Below, piece by piece: positions 1 to 10,033 of a DNA stretch of 64,000 bases (position 1 is its first letter; each line of letters opens with the position of its first letter). The translations under genes were made by a program, and so were the position numbers. The stretch comes from an uncultured Candidatus Saccharibacteria bacterium (GTDB taxonomy: Bacteria > Patescibacteriota > Minisyncoccia > Phycocordibacterales > DATGWK01), in NCBI GenBank assembly GCA_964356815.1, contig CAYHIR010000004.1, positions 842 through 64,841 on the forward strand, in the 5' to 3' direction. Under the pieces are notes generated by a model, which saw nothing but the letters and a program-made list of their open reading frames with translations, was not told the origin of the DNA and did no database searches.

Positions 1-2004
1 TCAGATGTGACCCTCGCCGAAGCCGCGTATCTCGCTGCCCTACCAAAAGCGCCGACATTCTATTCTCCATACGGCAAAAATCGCGAGCGTTTGGAGACAC
101 GCAAAAATTTAGTTTTGAGCCAAATGCTCGAAAATAAATTCATCAGCCGCGCCGAATATGATGCCGCTATTGCCGAAAAAATAGAGTTCCAACCGCAATC
201 GCCGTTTGGTATTAAAGCGCCGCACTTTGTGCTTTTTGTTAAAGATCAACTGACCGAAAAATATGGCGCGAGTGTGCTCGAAGAAGGTGGTTTGAAGGTC
301 ATCACCACGCTCGATTACGATTTGCAGAAAAAAGTTGAGGACATTGCGCGCGACTACGCCAAAGAAAATGAGAAAAATTTTGACGCCGAAAACGTAGCCG
401 CCGTAGCCATCGATCCAAAAAGTGGCGACATTCTCACGCTTGTAGGCTCGCGCGATTATTTCGACGACGAAATAGAGGGCAACTTCAACGTCGCCACAGC
501 CGCGCGTCAGCCGGGTTCATCTTTCAAACCCTTCGCCTATGCCGAAGCTTTCATTAAAGGCTACACGCCTGAGACGGTCGTGTTCGATTTGCCGACAGAG
601 TTCTCCACCACCTGCAATCCAGACGGCACGCCGCGCTCCGCTAGCTCAAATTGCTACAGCCCCGTCAATTACGACTCTATTTTCCGCGGGCCGATTTCCA
701 TGCGCGAGGCTTTGGCACAGTCTATCAACGTCCCGTCTGTGAAAACTCTCTACCTCGCCGGCCTCAAAGACACTCTTCAGCTCGCAAAAAATATGGGCAT
801 CACTACCCTCACCGATATCAATCGCTACGGCCTCACACTCGTACTCGGAGGCGGTGAAGTTTCCCTTCTCGATCTCACCAGCGCCTACAGCGTTTTTGCA
901 AACGACGGCAACCGAAATGAGTACCGATCTATTTTAGAAATCCGCGATCAGGACGGCGATGTTATAGAAAAAACCGATCCATCTCCATACCGCGTTTTGC
1001 CGGAAGAAGTCGCAAGGCAAATTTCTAGCGTTCTCTCCGACGAAGATGCTCGTGCGCCAGCCTTTAGCTACGGCTCGCCGCTCAATTTCCCCGGCCGAAG
1101 CGTGGCCGCCAAAACTGGTACGACAAACGATTACCGAGACGCATGGGTCGTCGGCTATTCACCAAATGTGGCAGTGGGCGTCTGGGCCGGCAACAACGAC
1201 AATCGCGCGATGAAAAAACAAGTTGCTCGCTACATCGTCGCGCCATTTTGGAATCTCGTCATGAAAGAAGCCATTTCTAAAGTACCCGACGAAGATTTTA
1301 TTCCACCCCAAAGCACGGCCAACGACTATTCTCTAAAGCCCGTCCTCCGTGGTGAGTGGCTCGGCGGCGGCTCTGTCCTCATTGATTCAATTTCCAAAAA
1401 ACGCGCCACAGCCGACACACCTTTAGAACTTCTTGATGAAATCTTGATAGGCGGTGTGCATTCCATTCTCTACTGGGTCAACAAAAACGATCCGCGCGGC
1501 ATCGGCCCAGAAAATCCAGACGACGATTCTCAATTCTCCCACTGGGAATACGGCGTGCAAAAATGGGCACGCGGGCGCGGCTACGATGAACTCGACGAAG
1601 GCGACATCCCCACAGAGTTCGACGACACTCACGGCGCTGAATATGCCCCCCGAGTTTCCATCACTGCGCCAAACTCTGCTTCTTCCGGCGCGTCATACCG
1701 TGCCAACGATAAAATTTCTGTCGAGCTTCGCGCTTCTGCATCCGACAGAAATTCGATTTCTAAAATTGACTACTTTCTTGGTGAAGAATTTATCGGCAAT
1801 ATTACAAACACAGCGGGGCAAACATCGGCACAAGGCACCGATAGCAGTGGCAATCGAGCCGCGAGCCGCGAGCGTTCATTCACCTTTTCATTCGTCCCTG
1901 CCGATCTCCAATCTTTCTCCGAAGGCGAAAACAATTTGCGAGTTGTCGTCTACGATAATGTGCAGAATAAAACTGAGGAGAGGGTGACTATTTTGGTGAG
2001 GTAG
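1..2004 (+). CDS. Class A penicillin-binding protein (PBP1A-like), C-terminal part; 5' end lies outside the window
   Basis: Transpeptidase motifs SSFK (SxxK), SIN (SxN) and KTGT are present. The N-terminal stretch LAEAAYLAALPKAPTFYSPYG matches the PBP1A linker. The ORF is open to the window edge. Confidence 0.85.
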   Translation, partial: SDVTLAEAAYLAALPKAPTFYSPYGKNRERLETRKNLVLSQMLENKFISRAEYDAAIAEKIEFQPQSPFGIKAPHFVLFVKDQLTEKYGASVLEEGGLKVITTLDYDLQKKVEDIARDYAKENEKNFDAENVAAVAIDPKSGDILTLVGSRDYFDDEIEGNFNVATAARQPGSSFKPFAYAEAFIKGYTPETVVFDLPTEFSTTCNPDGTPRSASSNCYSPVNYDSIFRGPISMREALAQSINVPSVKTLYLAGLKDTLQLAKNMGITTLTDINRYGLTLVLGGGEVSLLDLTSAYSVFANDGNRNEYRSILEIRDQDGDVIEKTDPSPYRVLPEEVARQISSVLSDEDARAPAFSYGSPLNFPGRSVAAKTGTTNDYRDAWVVGYSPNVAVGVWAGNNDNRAMKKQVARYIVAPFWNLVMKEAISKVPDEDFIPPQSTANDYSLKPVLRGEWLGGGSVLIDSISKKRATADTPLELLDEILIGGVHSILYWVNKNDPRGIGPENPDDDSQFSHWEYGVQKWARGRGYDELDEGDIPTEFDDTHGAEYAPRVSITAPNSASSGASYRANDKISVELRASASDRNSISKIDYFLGEEFIGNITNTAGQTSAQGTDSSGNRAASRERSFTFSFVPADLQSFSEGENNLRVVVYDNVQNKTEERVTILVR

Positions 2005-2010
2005 AAATTT

Positions 2011-3018
2011 CTATTTCAACCAATTAGGACGCTTAGGACTAGGCAACTTATTCATTCTCTGGTGAACCGGAATGTCTACCGCAGATGTAACTTTTGGTGG
2101 ATTTTCAATTGCGTCACAAATCCCCTCCTCGAGCTTAATATTCGGCACGAAACCAACGTCTTTTTCCATTTTTTGCATGCTGTAGACATGAGGTAGAGTT
2201 GTCATTTCCCAACCCTTCTTTTCTTGCCAAATTTGATCCATGGAGACAGCTTCTATATTCGAAATTCCACCGACCTGTTTAGCGATCTCGGCATAATAAT
2301 CTTTTGCTAATACCGGCTTAGGATTTACCAAGTTATACGCTTGTTTGAAAGTGTTTGGATTACCGATAATTTTGTAAATCGCCCCGGCGATATCTTTCGG
2401 ATGAATACAATTTAAAAAGATACTCCCACCATTGCAGAGCCTTAGAATTTCGCCATTTTTTATTTTTTCAATAAGTTTTGGATCTCTATTATGCTCTGGA
2501 ATACAACCGAGTAGGGATTCGGCGCCAAGAATGTGATACGGCCTGATCAGTGTCCAATTTACATCGGTTGTCGATTGCCAAAACTTCTCAAGTTTTACTT
2601 TCCCATCTACATAGCCGCCAAAGTGTCCTTCAGGCGCAAGTGGAGTATTTTCAGAAATAGGATCTGTGCTTTCTGTTGTCCGATCGTAAACAAGCGTGGT
2701 GCTCAAAGTAATGATGTGTTCGGAACAATTTTTAAAGAGCGAGTGGGTAATCTCTGCACTTTCCGCATCGAAAGCCACGACATCAACGACAACATCCCAT
2801 AAACCGACTTCAGAATTCAGTTTTTGAATTAAATTTTTGTACTCACCAATCGTTCGATCTGCGATATGTTGTTTTACATTTGAAGAAAAGTCTGTTTTTT
2901 CAAGAGCAATAGAATACACATTGTACTCATTGTTTTTAATGAGTTGCATGACCGTAGGCTTTCCTATAATTCCAGTGCCACCGATAACTAACGCGTTTTT
3001 TAATTTACGATCTGACAT
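2011..3018 (-). CDS. NAD(P)-dependent epimerase/dehydratase family protein
   Basis: N-terminal Rossmann motif VIGGTGIIGKPTV. Size is ~335 aa. Confidence 0.65.
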   Translation of the reverse strand: MSDRKLKNALVIGGTGIIGKPTVMQLIKNNEYNVYSIALEKTDFSSNVKQHIADRTIGEYKNLIQKLNSEVGLWDVVVDVVAFDAESAEITHSLFKNCSEHIITLSTTLVYDRTTESTDPISENTPLAPEGHFGGYVDGKVKLEKFWQSTTDVNWTLIRPYHILGAESLLGCIPEHNRDPKLIEKIKNGEILRLCNGGSIFLNCIHPKDIAGAIYKIIGNPNTFKQAYNLVNPKPVLAKDYYAEIAKQVGGISNIEAVSMDQIWQEKKGWEMTTLPHVYSMQKMEKDVGFVPNIKLEEGICDAIENPPKVTSAVDIPVHQRMNKLPSPKRPNWLK

Positions 3019-3625
3019 AAATTTGTGTGATCGCGGCGCGAACGATTGGTTGGTCTTTGTAACTTGTAGAAAATGTAAATTTTGATTGACCTTTTAGAAT
3101 AAAACCTTGTGATCCAAAGAATTCAGACACCATTTCAGGTTTATGAAAATAAGTTTCTCCATCGTGTACATACGAGCCACTTTTTTCTTCACCATCGTGA
3201 TAAATCCAGCTGGTACAAACCGATTTAGCTATTGCGGCCACTGAAGACAAATAATTTTTCGCGCCTGTGGGATTAATTTGATGAAAATTCAGCCAATCCA
3301 ACACATTAGAATTTAAAAATTCTTCATTGTTTTTTAGATCTTCCGTGGGCAAAATTCTAAAATCAATATCAGGAAATGATTCTTTGGCTTGCTTTATGGC
3401 CTCTTCCGAAATATCTGTTCCAACAATTTTCTGAAAACCTTGTTTATATAAACAATCCACAGTCTCTCCACTGCCGCAACCAACAACCAAGAGTAGCTCT
3501 TTTTTATCCAATGAACTTAAATGCTCACCAACTTCGGCAGAAAAAGGAATCCCAACCCAGGGCAAAGTGCCAGATTTTGTTTTATAAACCTTATTCCATA
3601 TTTCAGATTGCTCAGCTTTTGACAT
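3005..3625 (-). CDS. Class I SAM-dependent methyltransferase
   Basis: Motif I LLVVGCGSGETV followed by an acidic D in the VGTDISEEAI stretch. Confidence 0.6.
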   Translation of the reverse strand: MSKAEQSEIWNKVYKTKSGTLPWVGIPFSAEVGEHLSSLDKKELLLVVGCGSGETVDCLYKQGFQKIVGTDISEEAIKQAKESFPDIDFRILPTEDLKNNEEFLNSNVLDWLNFHQINPTGAKNYLSSVAAIAKSVCTSWIYHDGEEKSGSYVHDGETYFHKPEMVSEFFGSQGFILKGQSKFTFSTSYKDQPIVRAAITQIYVRS

Positions 3626-3633
3626 AAAATGTT

Positions 3634-4302
3634 TTAAAACTCCCTCTCATCCCCCTCAATCATCGCCACAAATTCAATACCAGCTGATGGCAAAATTTTT
3701 GCTGGTAAAGCATGGGCCGTGCCAAATCGTAGGCCATCATGCACTGGAAAAGCGACTTTTGGCTTGAGTAAGAGCGCGTAGTCGATCGCTTCGCCAATTT
3801 TCATCCACGGACCAGACACAGGCAATGCAAGAATCTCCACTGGCCTTTCTGGATTTGTAAAAGCGTCGCCTGGATACCACAATCGACCATCTATAAAAAA
3901 GCCGAGGTTTGATGAAAGCGGAATTGAGCTATGCATCTCAGCGTGCTTTTCGCCAATACCCACCACAGAAACTTCGCCGAGCAGAATAGATTCTCCGTGG
4001 CTCACGAGCGTGTGCTTTATTCCCTCTTTTGTGAGCAATTCGCTCACTGAGCTATTGGCATACACAGCCGCCTGCGAATTTCTCGCGAGCAAAATCTTAA
4101 GTGATTCTAAATGATAATGGTCGGCGTGCTCGTGCGTGAAAAGAATAAAATCAATATTTTCGAGCTTTGAGTGGGCTTCCACTGTGTAACTCCCGGGATC
4201 AGTGAGAATTTTTTTACCTTTGGTTTCTATGAGAAGGCAGCAGTGGCCAAGTTTGGTGATTTTCATGATGTTTTTAAAATTAGTTACATTTACTAGTTGC
4301 AA
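3634..4302 (-). CDS. MBL-fold metallo-hydrolase
   Basis: FTHEHADHYH metal-binding motif (HxHxDH). Confidence 0.75.
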   Translation of the reverse strand: MQLVNVTNFKNIMKITKLGHCCLLIETKGKKILTDPGSYTVEAHSKLENIDFILFTHEHADHYHLESLKILLARNSQAAVYANSSVSELLTKEGIKHTLVSHGESILLGEVSVVGIGEKHAEMHSSIPLSSNLGFFIDGRLWYPGDAFTNPERPVEILALPVSGPWMKIGEAIDYALLLKPKVAFPVHDGLRFGTAHALPAKILPSAGIEFVAMIEGDEREF

Positions 4303-4435
4303 TAGTCACTATTTTGCCATTTAGTTATGTTAATCATAACCGTTAAAAATGTCTAAAAAACATCTTTTTTCACGGTTTTAGCCAAAAATAACGTAAATAT
4401 TAGGCTAAAACATGGTAAATTTACGTTTTTTACCA

Positions 4436-5428
4436 TTATTTAGCAACCAGATTTAGAATCAGTGCAACAACCTTATCTTTGTCTTTAGGATCACTACTAG
4501 CAACTAGAATCGTAAGTGCTGTGAGTGCAGAAGGAGTGAGTTTGGAAACATCTAGAATTTTAACTTGTTTCAAAAACCACACAAAAGCAAACGCTCCGCT
4601 TCTTTTATTTCCATCAGTAAACGGATGATTTTTTACCATAAAATATAAAAGGTGTGCCGCCTTTTCTTCAGCACTCTCATACACATCTTTACCACCAAAA
4701 GATTGCATTACGTTACCAACAATTCCTGCAACCGACCCCGCACTTCTTTCTTGGCCAAAAATTTCGGTTGCCTCCGACTTGCGAACTAATTCTGTTTTTA
4801 ACTGAACAAGACTGCTGGAAATTTTTTCTGTAGTTAATTCAACTTTCTTTTTTGTTAGCTTCCCTTTTGGTAACGCGTCTCTGTCATAGGCATCGAGAGA
4901 AAGCCAAGTATCCGCAAAAAGTGAAACGAGCTCAATTGCGTCTTCAGTTTTTAAATTTTCCGCAGTCAATCCAGACGGCAGAAGTTTTTTGATGTCTTCT
5001 ACAACGCTTAAAAACTGGGTGTAGTTTTTAGCAATACGGCTTTTGTTTATCGCATATCCATCAACGATATAAAAACGAAGTGTCTTTGTTGCCCATTGAC
5101 GAAAAAGTGTTGCTTTTTTGCTATTAACTCGGTAACCAACAGATAAAATCATGTCGAGGTTGTAGTGTTTTGCATCTCGATTAACACTCCTATTTCCTTC
5201 TTTTTGAACTATCCGGAATTCCCGGATAGTTGCCTTTTCATTCAACTCTTCAGTATTAAGAATATTTTGAATATGTTCATTAATGGTTCGTACGTTTACA
5301 TCAAAAGCTTCGGCAATTTGTGCCTGAGTAGCCCAAACAGTCTTATGAGAAAAATCCCCACGAAGCTCAATCGCTCCACTTTTTGCCTGATAAACAATTA
5401 TCTTATTATTATAATTTTGTCTTTTCAT
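4436..5428 (-). CDS. Fic/DOC family protein with RhuM-like N-terminal domain
   Basis: Fic core motif HPFTDGNKRSGAFAFVWFL (HPFx[DE]GNxR). The N-terminal segment IVYQAKSGAIELRGDFSHKTVWATQAQIAEAF is typical of RhuM-family proteins. Confidence 0.7.
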   Translation of the reverse strand: MKRQNYNNKIIVYQAKSGAIELRGDFSHKTVWATQAQIAEAFDVNVRTINEHIQNILNTEELNEKATIREFRIVQKEGNRSVNRDAKHYNLDMILSVGYRVNSKKATLFRQWATKTLRFYIVDGYAINKSRIAKNYTQFLSVVEDIKKLLPSGLTAENLKTEDAIELVSLFADTWLSLDAYDRDALPKGKLTKKKVELTTEKISSSLVQLKTELVRKSEATEIFGQERSAGSVAGIVGNVMQSFGGKDVYESAEEKAAHLLYFMVKNHPFTDGNKRSGAFAFVWFLKQVKILDVSKLTPSALTALTILVASSDPKDKDKVVALILNLVAK

Positions 5429-5450
5429 ATTCTTTATCTGTCCGACCTTT

Positions 5451-5705
5451 CTACCTCACCCCCCGAAACTTCTTCCCCAACCGCTTTTCCACCGCCTCCA
5501 TTATTTTTCCACGATTCATAAAAATTTTTGCGCGTAAGGCTGACGAGCCAAGCACGATTATATCGTCGTTCTTGATGTTTATTTCCTCCGCAAGTACCCT
5601 CACTCCAATTACCTCAGAAATAACGCTGGCGATAGCGTCACGCTCTTCCAGCGCGGAAGTCAGCACGTGTTTGAACTTCGCAAAAAGTGAATCGAGTTTT
5701 ATCAT
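5451..5705 (-). CDS. Small hypothetical protein downstream of dnaN (possible DUF721/DciA-like)
   Basis: 84 aa with a 4-nt overlap onto the dnaN stop. The position after dnaN and a weak similarity pattern suggest the family; assignment is tentative. Confidence 0.35.
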   Translation of the reverse strand: MIKLDSLFAKFKHVLTSALEERDAIASVISEVIGVRVLAEEINIKNDDIIVLGSSALRAKIFMNRGKIMEAVEKRLGKKFRGVR

Positions 5706-6802
5706 CTATTCATCGGCATAACCAAACAGAGAAACGACTTATCACCCACGCCGCGAATGACGAGCGGCCGGCTAGCACCGTTGAAAGAGAAGGAAATGCT
5801 ATCGGCGTCGATCGATTGGAAACTGTCGGTGATGTATTTGTGATTGAAATTGACCGAAATGTCTTCGCCGGTAAGCACTGCATCAATCTTATTCACACTT
5901 TCCCCAAGATCTGAGTTGGTAGTTTTAATTTCTAAAGTTTTTTCTTTCGGCGATGCGTGGATGTTGGCCTGATTGAATTTATCGGAGAAAATATTGGCCA
6001 CTTTGAGCGCCTGCACCAAATCTTGCTTGAGCATTGTGGCTTCTGTTGTGCCGCTTTCGGGAATAATCTGGCGATAATCTGGAAAAACGCCATCGATGAC
6101 GCGTGAGGTGAGATAAATACTTGGGTGAGAGAAAGAAATTTGGTTTTTTGTGACAAACATCGTCACCTCACCAGAAACATCGCCGAGCAAGCGCATTATT
6201 TCTGGCACATTTTTAAATGGTACAAGTAAATGATCGCGGATTTTGTTTTTAAAACGGATTTTCTTTTCTGTGAGTCGGAATGAGTCTGTGGCTGCAAAAA
6301 CTAAATGCTCGTCGTCGGAAGCAATATACACGCTCGAGAGCTCAGGCTTCACACTCGATACAGCGGCGCTGTAATACACCGCCTTCAAACCGCTCACGAA
6401 GTCGCCCGCTTGGATTTTTATAGGCTGATCTTCTGGCACTCTCGGAATACTTGGAAAATCTTCATGTGGAAGGGTTTTAACAGTCGTCTTAGTTTTATTA
6501 CTGGTGATTTTTAGAAGATTATTTTCCGTTGTCTCAAAAATTACACTGCTGTCGCCGGTTATGCTATTTAGAAGATTGTTTAAAATCGCGCCGTGCACCG
6601 CCACCTTCCCCTCTTCCATCACTTTTGTAGGAATATTAAGCTCGAGGCCAATATCAAGATTTGTCGCTCGTACGATGAGATTGTTTTTCTCGGCTTCCAA
6701 AAGCACACAACTTAAAATAGGTAGTGAAAGATTTTTTCCTGTCACCCTTTCGGCTTGTGATATAGCTTTGCTGATTTTTTCTTTTACACATTCTATCTTC
6801 AT
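5702..6802 (-). CDS. dnaN: DNA polymerase III beta subunit (sliding clamp)
   Basis: Characteristic N-terminus MKIECVKEKISKAISQAERVTGKNLSLPILSCVLLEA. Size is 366 aa and it sits directly downstream of dnaA. Confidence 0.93.
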   Translation of the reverse strand: MKIECVKEKISKAISQAERVTGKNLSLPILSCVLLEAEKNNLIVRATNLDIGLELNIPTKVMEEGKVAVHGAILNNLLNSITGDSSVIFETTENNLLKITSNKTKTTVKTLPHEDFPSIPRVPEDQPIKIQAGDFVSGLKAVYYSAAVSSVKPELSSVYIASDDEHLVFAATDSFRLTEKKIRFKNKIRDHLLVPFKNVPEIMRLLGDVSGEVTMFVTKNQISFSHPSIYLTSRVIDGVFPDYRQIIPESGTTEATMLKQDLVQALKVANIFSDKFNQANIHASPKEKTLEIKTTNSDLGESVNKIDAVLTGEDISVNFNHKYITDSFQSIDADSISFSFNGASRPLVIRGVGDKSFLCLVMPMNR

Positions 6803-7001
6803 GGTGTGTATTCTATTTATATATAAATACTATTACTACTATTAGCTCTGTGTATATCTTGATAACCCCTGTAAAAGCCAATATTTAAGCCTTTTTTGCC
6901 GATTTTCTGTCCACAGGCATATGTGGATGAGGTGGATTTCGAAGGATAACTTTTTGTTTGGTTCATGTCGATTGGGTTTTTTGACCCGACTTTTCCGATA
7001 C

Positions 7002-7052
7002 TTATCCCCACTGTACCCTGTCTTATCCCCACTTATCCTAGACTTATCAACA
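7002..7052. promoter_or_regulatory. oriC-like cluster of four tandem DnaA-box 9-mers: TTATCCCCA x2, TTATCCTAG, TTATCAACA
   Basis: Same-orientation 9-mers start at 7002, 7023, 7033 and 7044 with ~10-11 bp phasing. They lie in the dnaN-dnaA intergenic region next to the AT-rich stretch 6810..6845. The 13-mer CATGTTGATAAGT also occurs inverted at 8578..8590 upstream of dnaA. Confidence 0.6.
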
Positions 7053-7080
7053 TGTTTTTCCAGAGAAACGGCCGAGCCGG

Positions 7081-8520
7081 TCAAGAAATCATCGATCGAA
7101 TCTGACTAATTTCCTGCCCAAGCGCCGAATTGTTCTTTAGGTCGTTCTTGATTTTTTCACATGAATGAATGACGGTGGTATGATCTCGGCCACCCATCTT
7201 CTCGCCGATCGAAGGATAAGAGATGCTAAAGTCTTCGCGCAAAATGTACATGCTTATTTGCCGTGGCTTTATCACCTCCTTCTTTCGAGTCTTCTCATAT
7301 ATAGAGTCTTCTTCTATATTGTAGAAGTCGGCGACGATTTTTACCACCTCCTTTGGCGAAAGGACCTTTTTCATCGGTTTATTGGTGTTTTTGATGAGGT
7401 TTTTTACCTCTTGAAGGGTTGGTTCTTGGCCTTTCATTTGTGTCTGCATCACAATGGCGTTCAAAGCACCTTCAAGCTCGCGAATATTTGTGACTACAGA
7501 AGCGGCGAGAAAGTCGATTACCTCTGGTGAGACGGAAAGATTTTGAGACAAAAGCTTGTTTTTGAGAATGGCCACACGAGATTCATGATCTGGTGCTGGA
7601 ATATCGACAATCATACCCGCGTGAAAGCGTGAACGAAGACGATCCTCAAGATTTGGAATGTAATTTGGGTGCTTGTCTGATGAGAAAATGATTTGTTTGT
7701 TGTTGTCATGCAAATAATTGAACAGATGGAAAAGCTCCTCTTGGGTTTTCTCAGTTTTTGAGAGGAATTGAATGTCGTCCATGATTAAAACATCATATTT
7801 TCGGTATTTTTCCTTGAAATTGTTTACTTTATTGGAAATACCCTGCGCGCCTTGGCCAGAGTGAACAGAATTTATGTAGTCGGTGGCAAAACGCTCGGAA
7901 GTGACATAATGCACGCGCATTTCTGGGTACTGTTTTTTTATTTGATTGCCGATAGCTTGTATGAGATGGGTTTTGCCGTGGCCAGTGCTTCCATATATAA
8001 AGACCGGATTGTAGACAATACCAGGCTTTTTGATAACAGCCTGCGCGGCGGCGTGAGCCAGCTCGTTGAAAGGGCCAACGACGAAAGAATCGAAGGTGTA
8101 GCGCGGATTGAGGCCATCTTCTTTATTTATATAATGGTCGGCTAGAGGCAATTCCCCACTGGCAGATGTGGCGATATCTGAATTAATGTTTGAATTTAGG
8201 CCATTTATGCCACTTGAGCCGCCATGCGAAACCCCACTACCATATTGGTCTGTAGATGGTTTTCTTCGCACATCTTCTCGGCTGATTATGTATTCCACAG
8301 AACGAATGAGTGGCGACTGGTCTCGAAGGGATCGAAGGATGGACGAGTGGTACTTTTTAAGGAGCCAATCTTTGACGAAATTGTTGGGCACATTCACAAA
8401 CACCACTCCATCTTCTTGGTGGGATATGCCGGTGTCTTTAAACCAAGTGGCAAAGCTAGGCTTGGAAACGGAGAGCTCCATTTCTACCAACACACTATCC
8501 CAAAGTTTTTTAGTATCCAT
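7081..8520 (-). CDS. dnaA: Chromosomal replication initiator protein DnaA
   Basis: AAA+ Walker A GSTGHGKTHL. C-terminal DNA-binding region HTTVIHSCEKI. Size is 479 aa. Confidence 0.95.
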   Translation of the reverse strand: MDTKKLWDSVLVEMELSVSKPSFATWFKDTGISHQEDGVVFVNVPNNFVKDWLLKKYHSSILRSLRDQSPLIRSVEYIISREDVRRKPSTDQYGSGVSHGGSSGINGLNSNINSDIATSASGELPLADHYINKEDGLNPRYTFDSFVVGPFNELAHAAAQAVIKKPGIVYNPVFIYGSTGHGKTHLIQAIGNQIKKQYPEMRVHYVTSERFATDYINSVHSGQGAQGISNKVNNFKEKYRKYDVLIMDDIQFLSKTEKTQEELFHLFNYLHDNNKQIIFSSDKHPNYIPNLEDRLRSRFHAGMIVDIPAPDHESRVAILKNKLLSQNLSVSPEVIDFLAASVVTNIRELEGALNAIVMQTQMKGQEPTLQEVKNLIKNTNKPMKKVLSPKEVVKIVADFYNIEEDSIYEKTRKKEVIKPRQISMYILREDFSISYPSIGEKMGGRDHTTVIHSCEKIKNDLKNNSALGQEISQIRSMIS

Positions 8521-8677
8521 GAGTCGACAAATTATATACTTGTCTCAAAATTATAGTACTTGTGGAACACCTGTCCGCATGTTGATAAGTTGTGAATAGG
8601 TTGTTGAGAGCCGAAAGTCGTTCCGCGACACGCCACTTATTGAGTTTTTTTGCAATCTAATATAGTATGGCGAGACT

Positions 8678-8812
8678 ATGTCATTCACATATAAACCAAA
8701 AAAGAGAAAACGAGCCCGCTCACACGGCTTTTTGGGTCGCCAAAAGACTGTTGGTGGAGCCAATGTTATCAAGCGTCGCCGAGCCAAAGGCCGCCGCAAG
8801 CTCTCTGTATAA
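8678..8812 (+). CDS. rpmH: 50S ribosomal protein L34
   Basis: Manual translation gives [44 protein letters not shown] (44 aa). It is absent from the ORF track because it is under 60 aa. Confidence 0.9.
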   Translation: MSFTYKPKKRKRARSHGFLGRQKTVGGANVIKRRRAKGRRKLSV

Positions 8813-8841
8813 TCGGTCTAATTAATCGGTCTAACCGACCC

Positions 8842-9207
8842 ATGCTTTCTAAAAGCGAACGCCTCACAAAAAAGCAGGTAGAAGCTGTCTTGGCATCTGG
8901 CCGTCGACACTCTTCCGCGTACTTTTTTGCCACCGTTTTGGCCGCTCCCGTTGAATCGGCTTCAATCCCCACCTTTGCCATTGTTGTCTCTAAGAAAACT
9001 GCCGACACAGCCGTCGAGAGAAACAAACTCCGCCGCCGTACGTACAGCGCTATTCGCCAAGTAAAAAAAATTATATCCGCGCGGCCAAATGGCAAAGTCC
9101 TCCCCTTTTATGTTGTTGTAGTAGTAAAACGCGAAGCGAAGCCCGCGAAACTTCCCGATTTGATTGATGATTTGGGCCGTTTGATGAAAATTTCTGGTGT
9201 GATTTAG
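8842..9207 (+). CDS. rnpA: Ribonuclease P protein component
   Basis: Lies immediately after rpmH. The sequence is basic and begins LSKSERLTKKQVEAVLASGRR. Confidence 0.8.
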   Translation: MLSKSERLTKKQVEAVLASGRRHSSAYFFATVLAAPVESASIPTFAIVVSKKTADTAVERNKLRRRTYSAIRQVKKIISARPNGKVLPFYVVVVVKREAKPAKLPDLIDDLGRLMKISGVI

Positions 9208-9229
9208 AAAATCCAGTACAATACTATAA

Positions 9230-10033
9230 ATGATAGCTTTCTATAATACATTCATTTTCCAACCCATGTACAACGGGTTGATTTTTTTGATCGACATTTT
9301 GCCTTGGGCCGATGCTGGTGTGGCGATTATCGTTTTTACACTCATTATTAAGCTCATTCTTTTTCCTCTGTCGAAAAAGGCTGTCTACACTCAGCTAAAG
9401 ATGAAGAAAGTTGAGCCACAACTCAGAGCGATAAAGGAAAAATATAGTGGCAAGGATCAGGCGCAAGAACAGGCTAAACAAACGATGGCCTTTTACAAAC
9501 GCGAAGGCATAAGGCCATTTGCGGGAATTTTACTCATATTTATTCAGTTGCCAATACTTTTTGCTTTATACAAAGCGTTTCTCCACCCTGGTTTGCCAAA
9601 TATTGATGTCACCCTCCTCTACTCTTTCGTCATTGCACCAATGTCTGAAAGTATAAACATGCATTTTCTCGGTTTGTTTGATATCGCTGGCAAAAGCATC
9701 GCACTGGCTCTCATCGCCGCAGTCTCTACATATTTTCAAGTGCGTTTTTCTATGCCACCACTACCGCCGAAGAAAGCCACTTCTTTCGATAAAGACGGCA
9801 AGCCTATTCGGCCAAATTTTCAGGAAGATTTTGCTCGCGGTATGAACATTCAGATGAGATATGTTTTTCCGGTGATTGCCTTTTTTATTTCCTGGAGTAT
9901 TTCTGGTGCCATCGCTCTCTATTGGATCACGAGCAATCTTTTCACCATCGCTCAAGAGTTAGTGATTCGAAAAAGTTTTGCGCGTAACGAGAGTCGCGCC
10001 GAAGCTAAGAAAAATTTAAATCCCGCTGTCTAA
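9230..10033 (+). CDS. yidC: YidC/Oxa1-family membrane protein insertase (short form)
   Basis: rpmH-rnpA-yidC synteny. Multiple TM helices. Region KEKYSGKDQAQEQAKQTMAFYKREGIRPFAG is typical of YidC. Confidence 0.85.
   Translation: MIAFYNTFIFQPMYNGLIFLIDILPWADAGVAIIVFTLIIKLILFPLSKKAVYTQLKMKKVEPQLRAIKEKYSGKDQAQEQAKQTMAFYKREGIRPFAGILLIFIQLPILFALYKAFLHPGLPNIDVTLLYSFVIAPMSESINMHFLGLFDIAGKSIALALIAAVSTYFQVRFSMPPLPPKKATSFDKDGKPIRPNFQEDFARGMNIQMRYVFPVIAFFISWSISGAIALYWITSNLFTIAQELVIRKSFARNESRAEAKKNLNPAV

Noticed and set aside
539-1987. Track ORFs 539..742, 651..857, 1423..1632(-) and 1454..1987 inside the PBP gene
   Set aside because: They are alternative-frame or antisense overlaps of a well-supported PBP1A coding frame. 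Their translations are low-complexity (R/S/P-rich) with no motifs.
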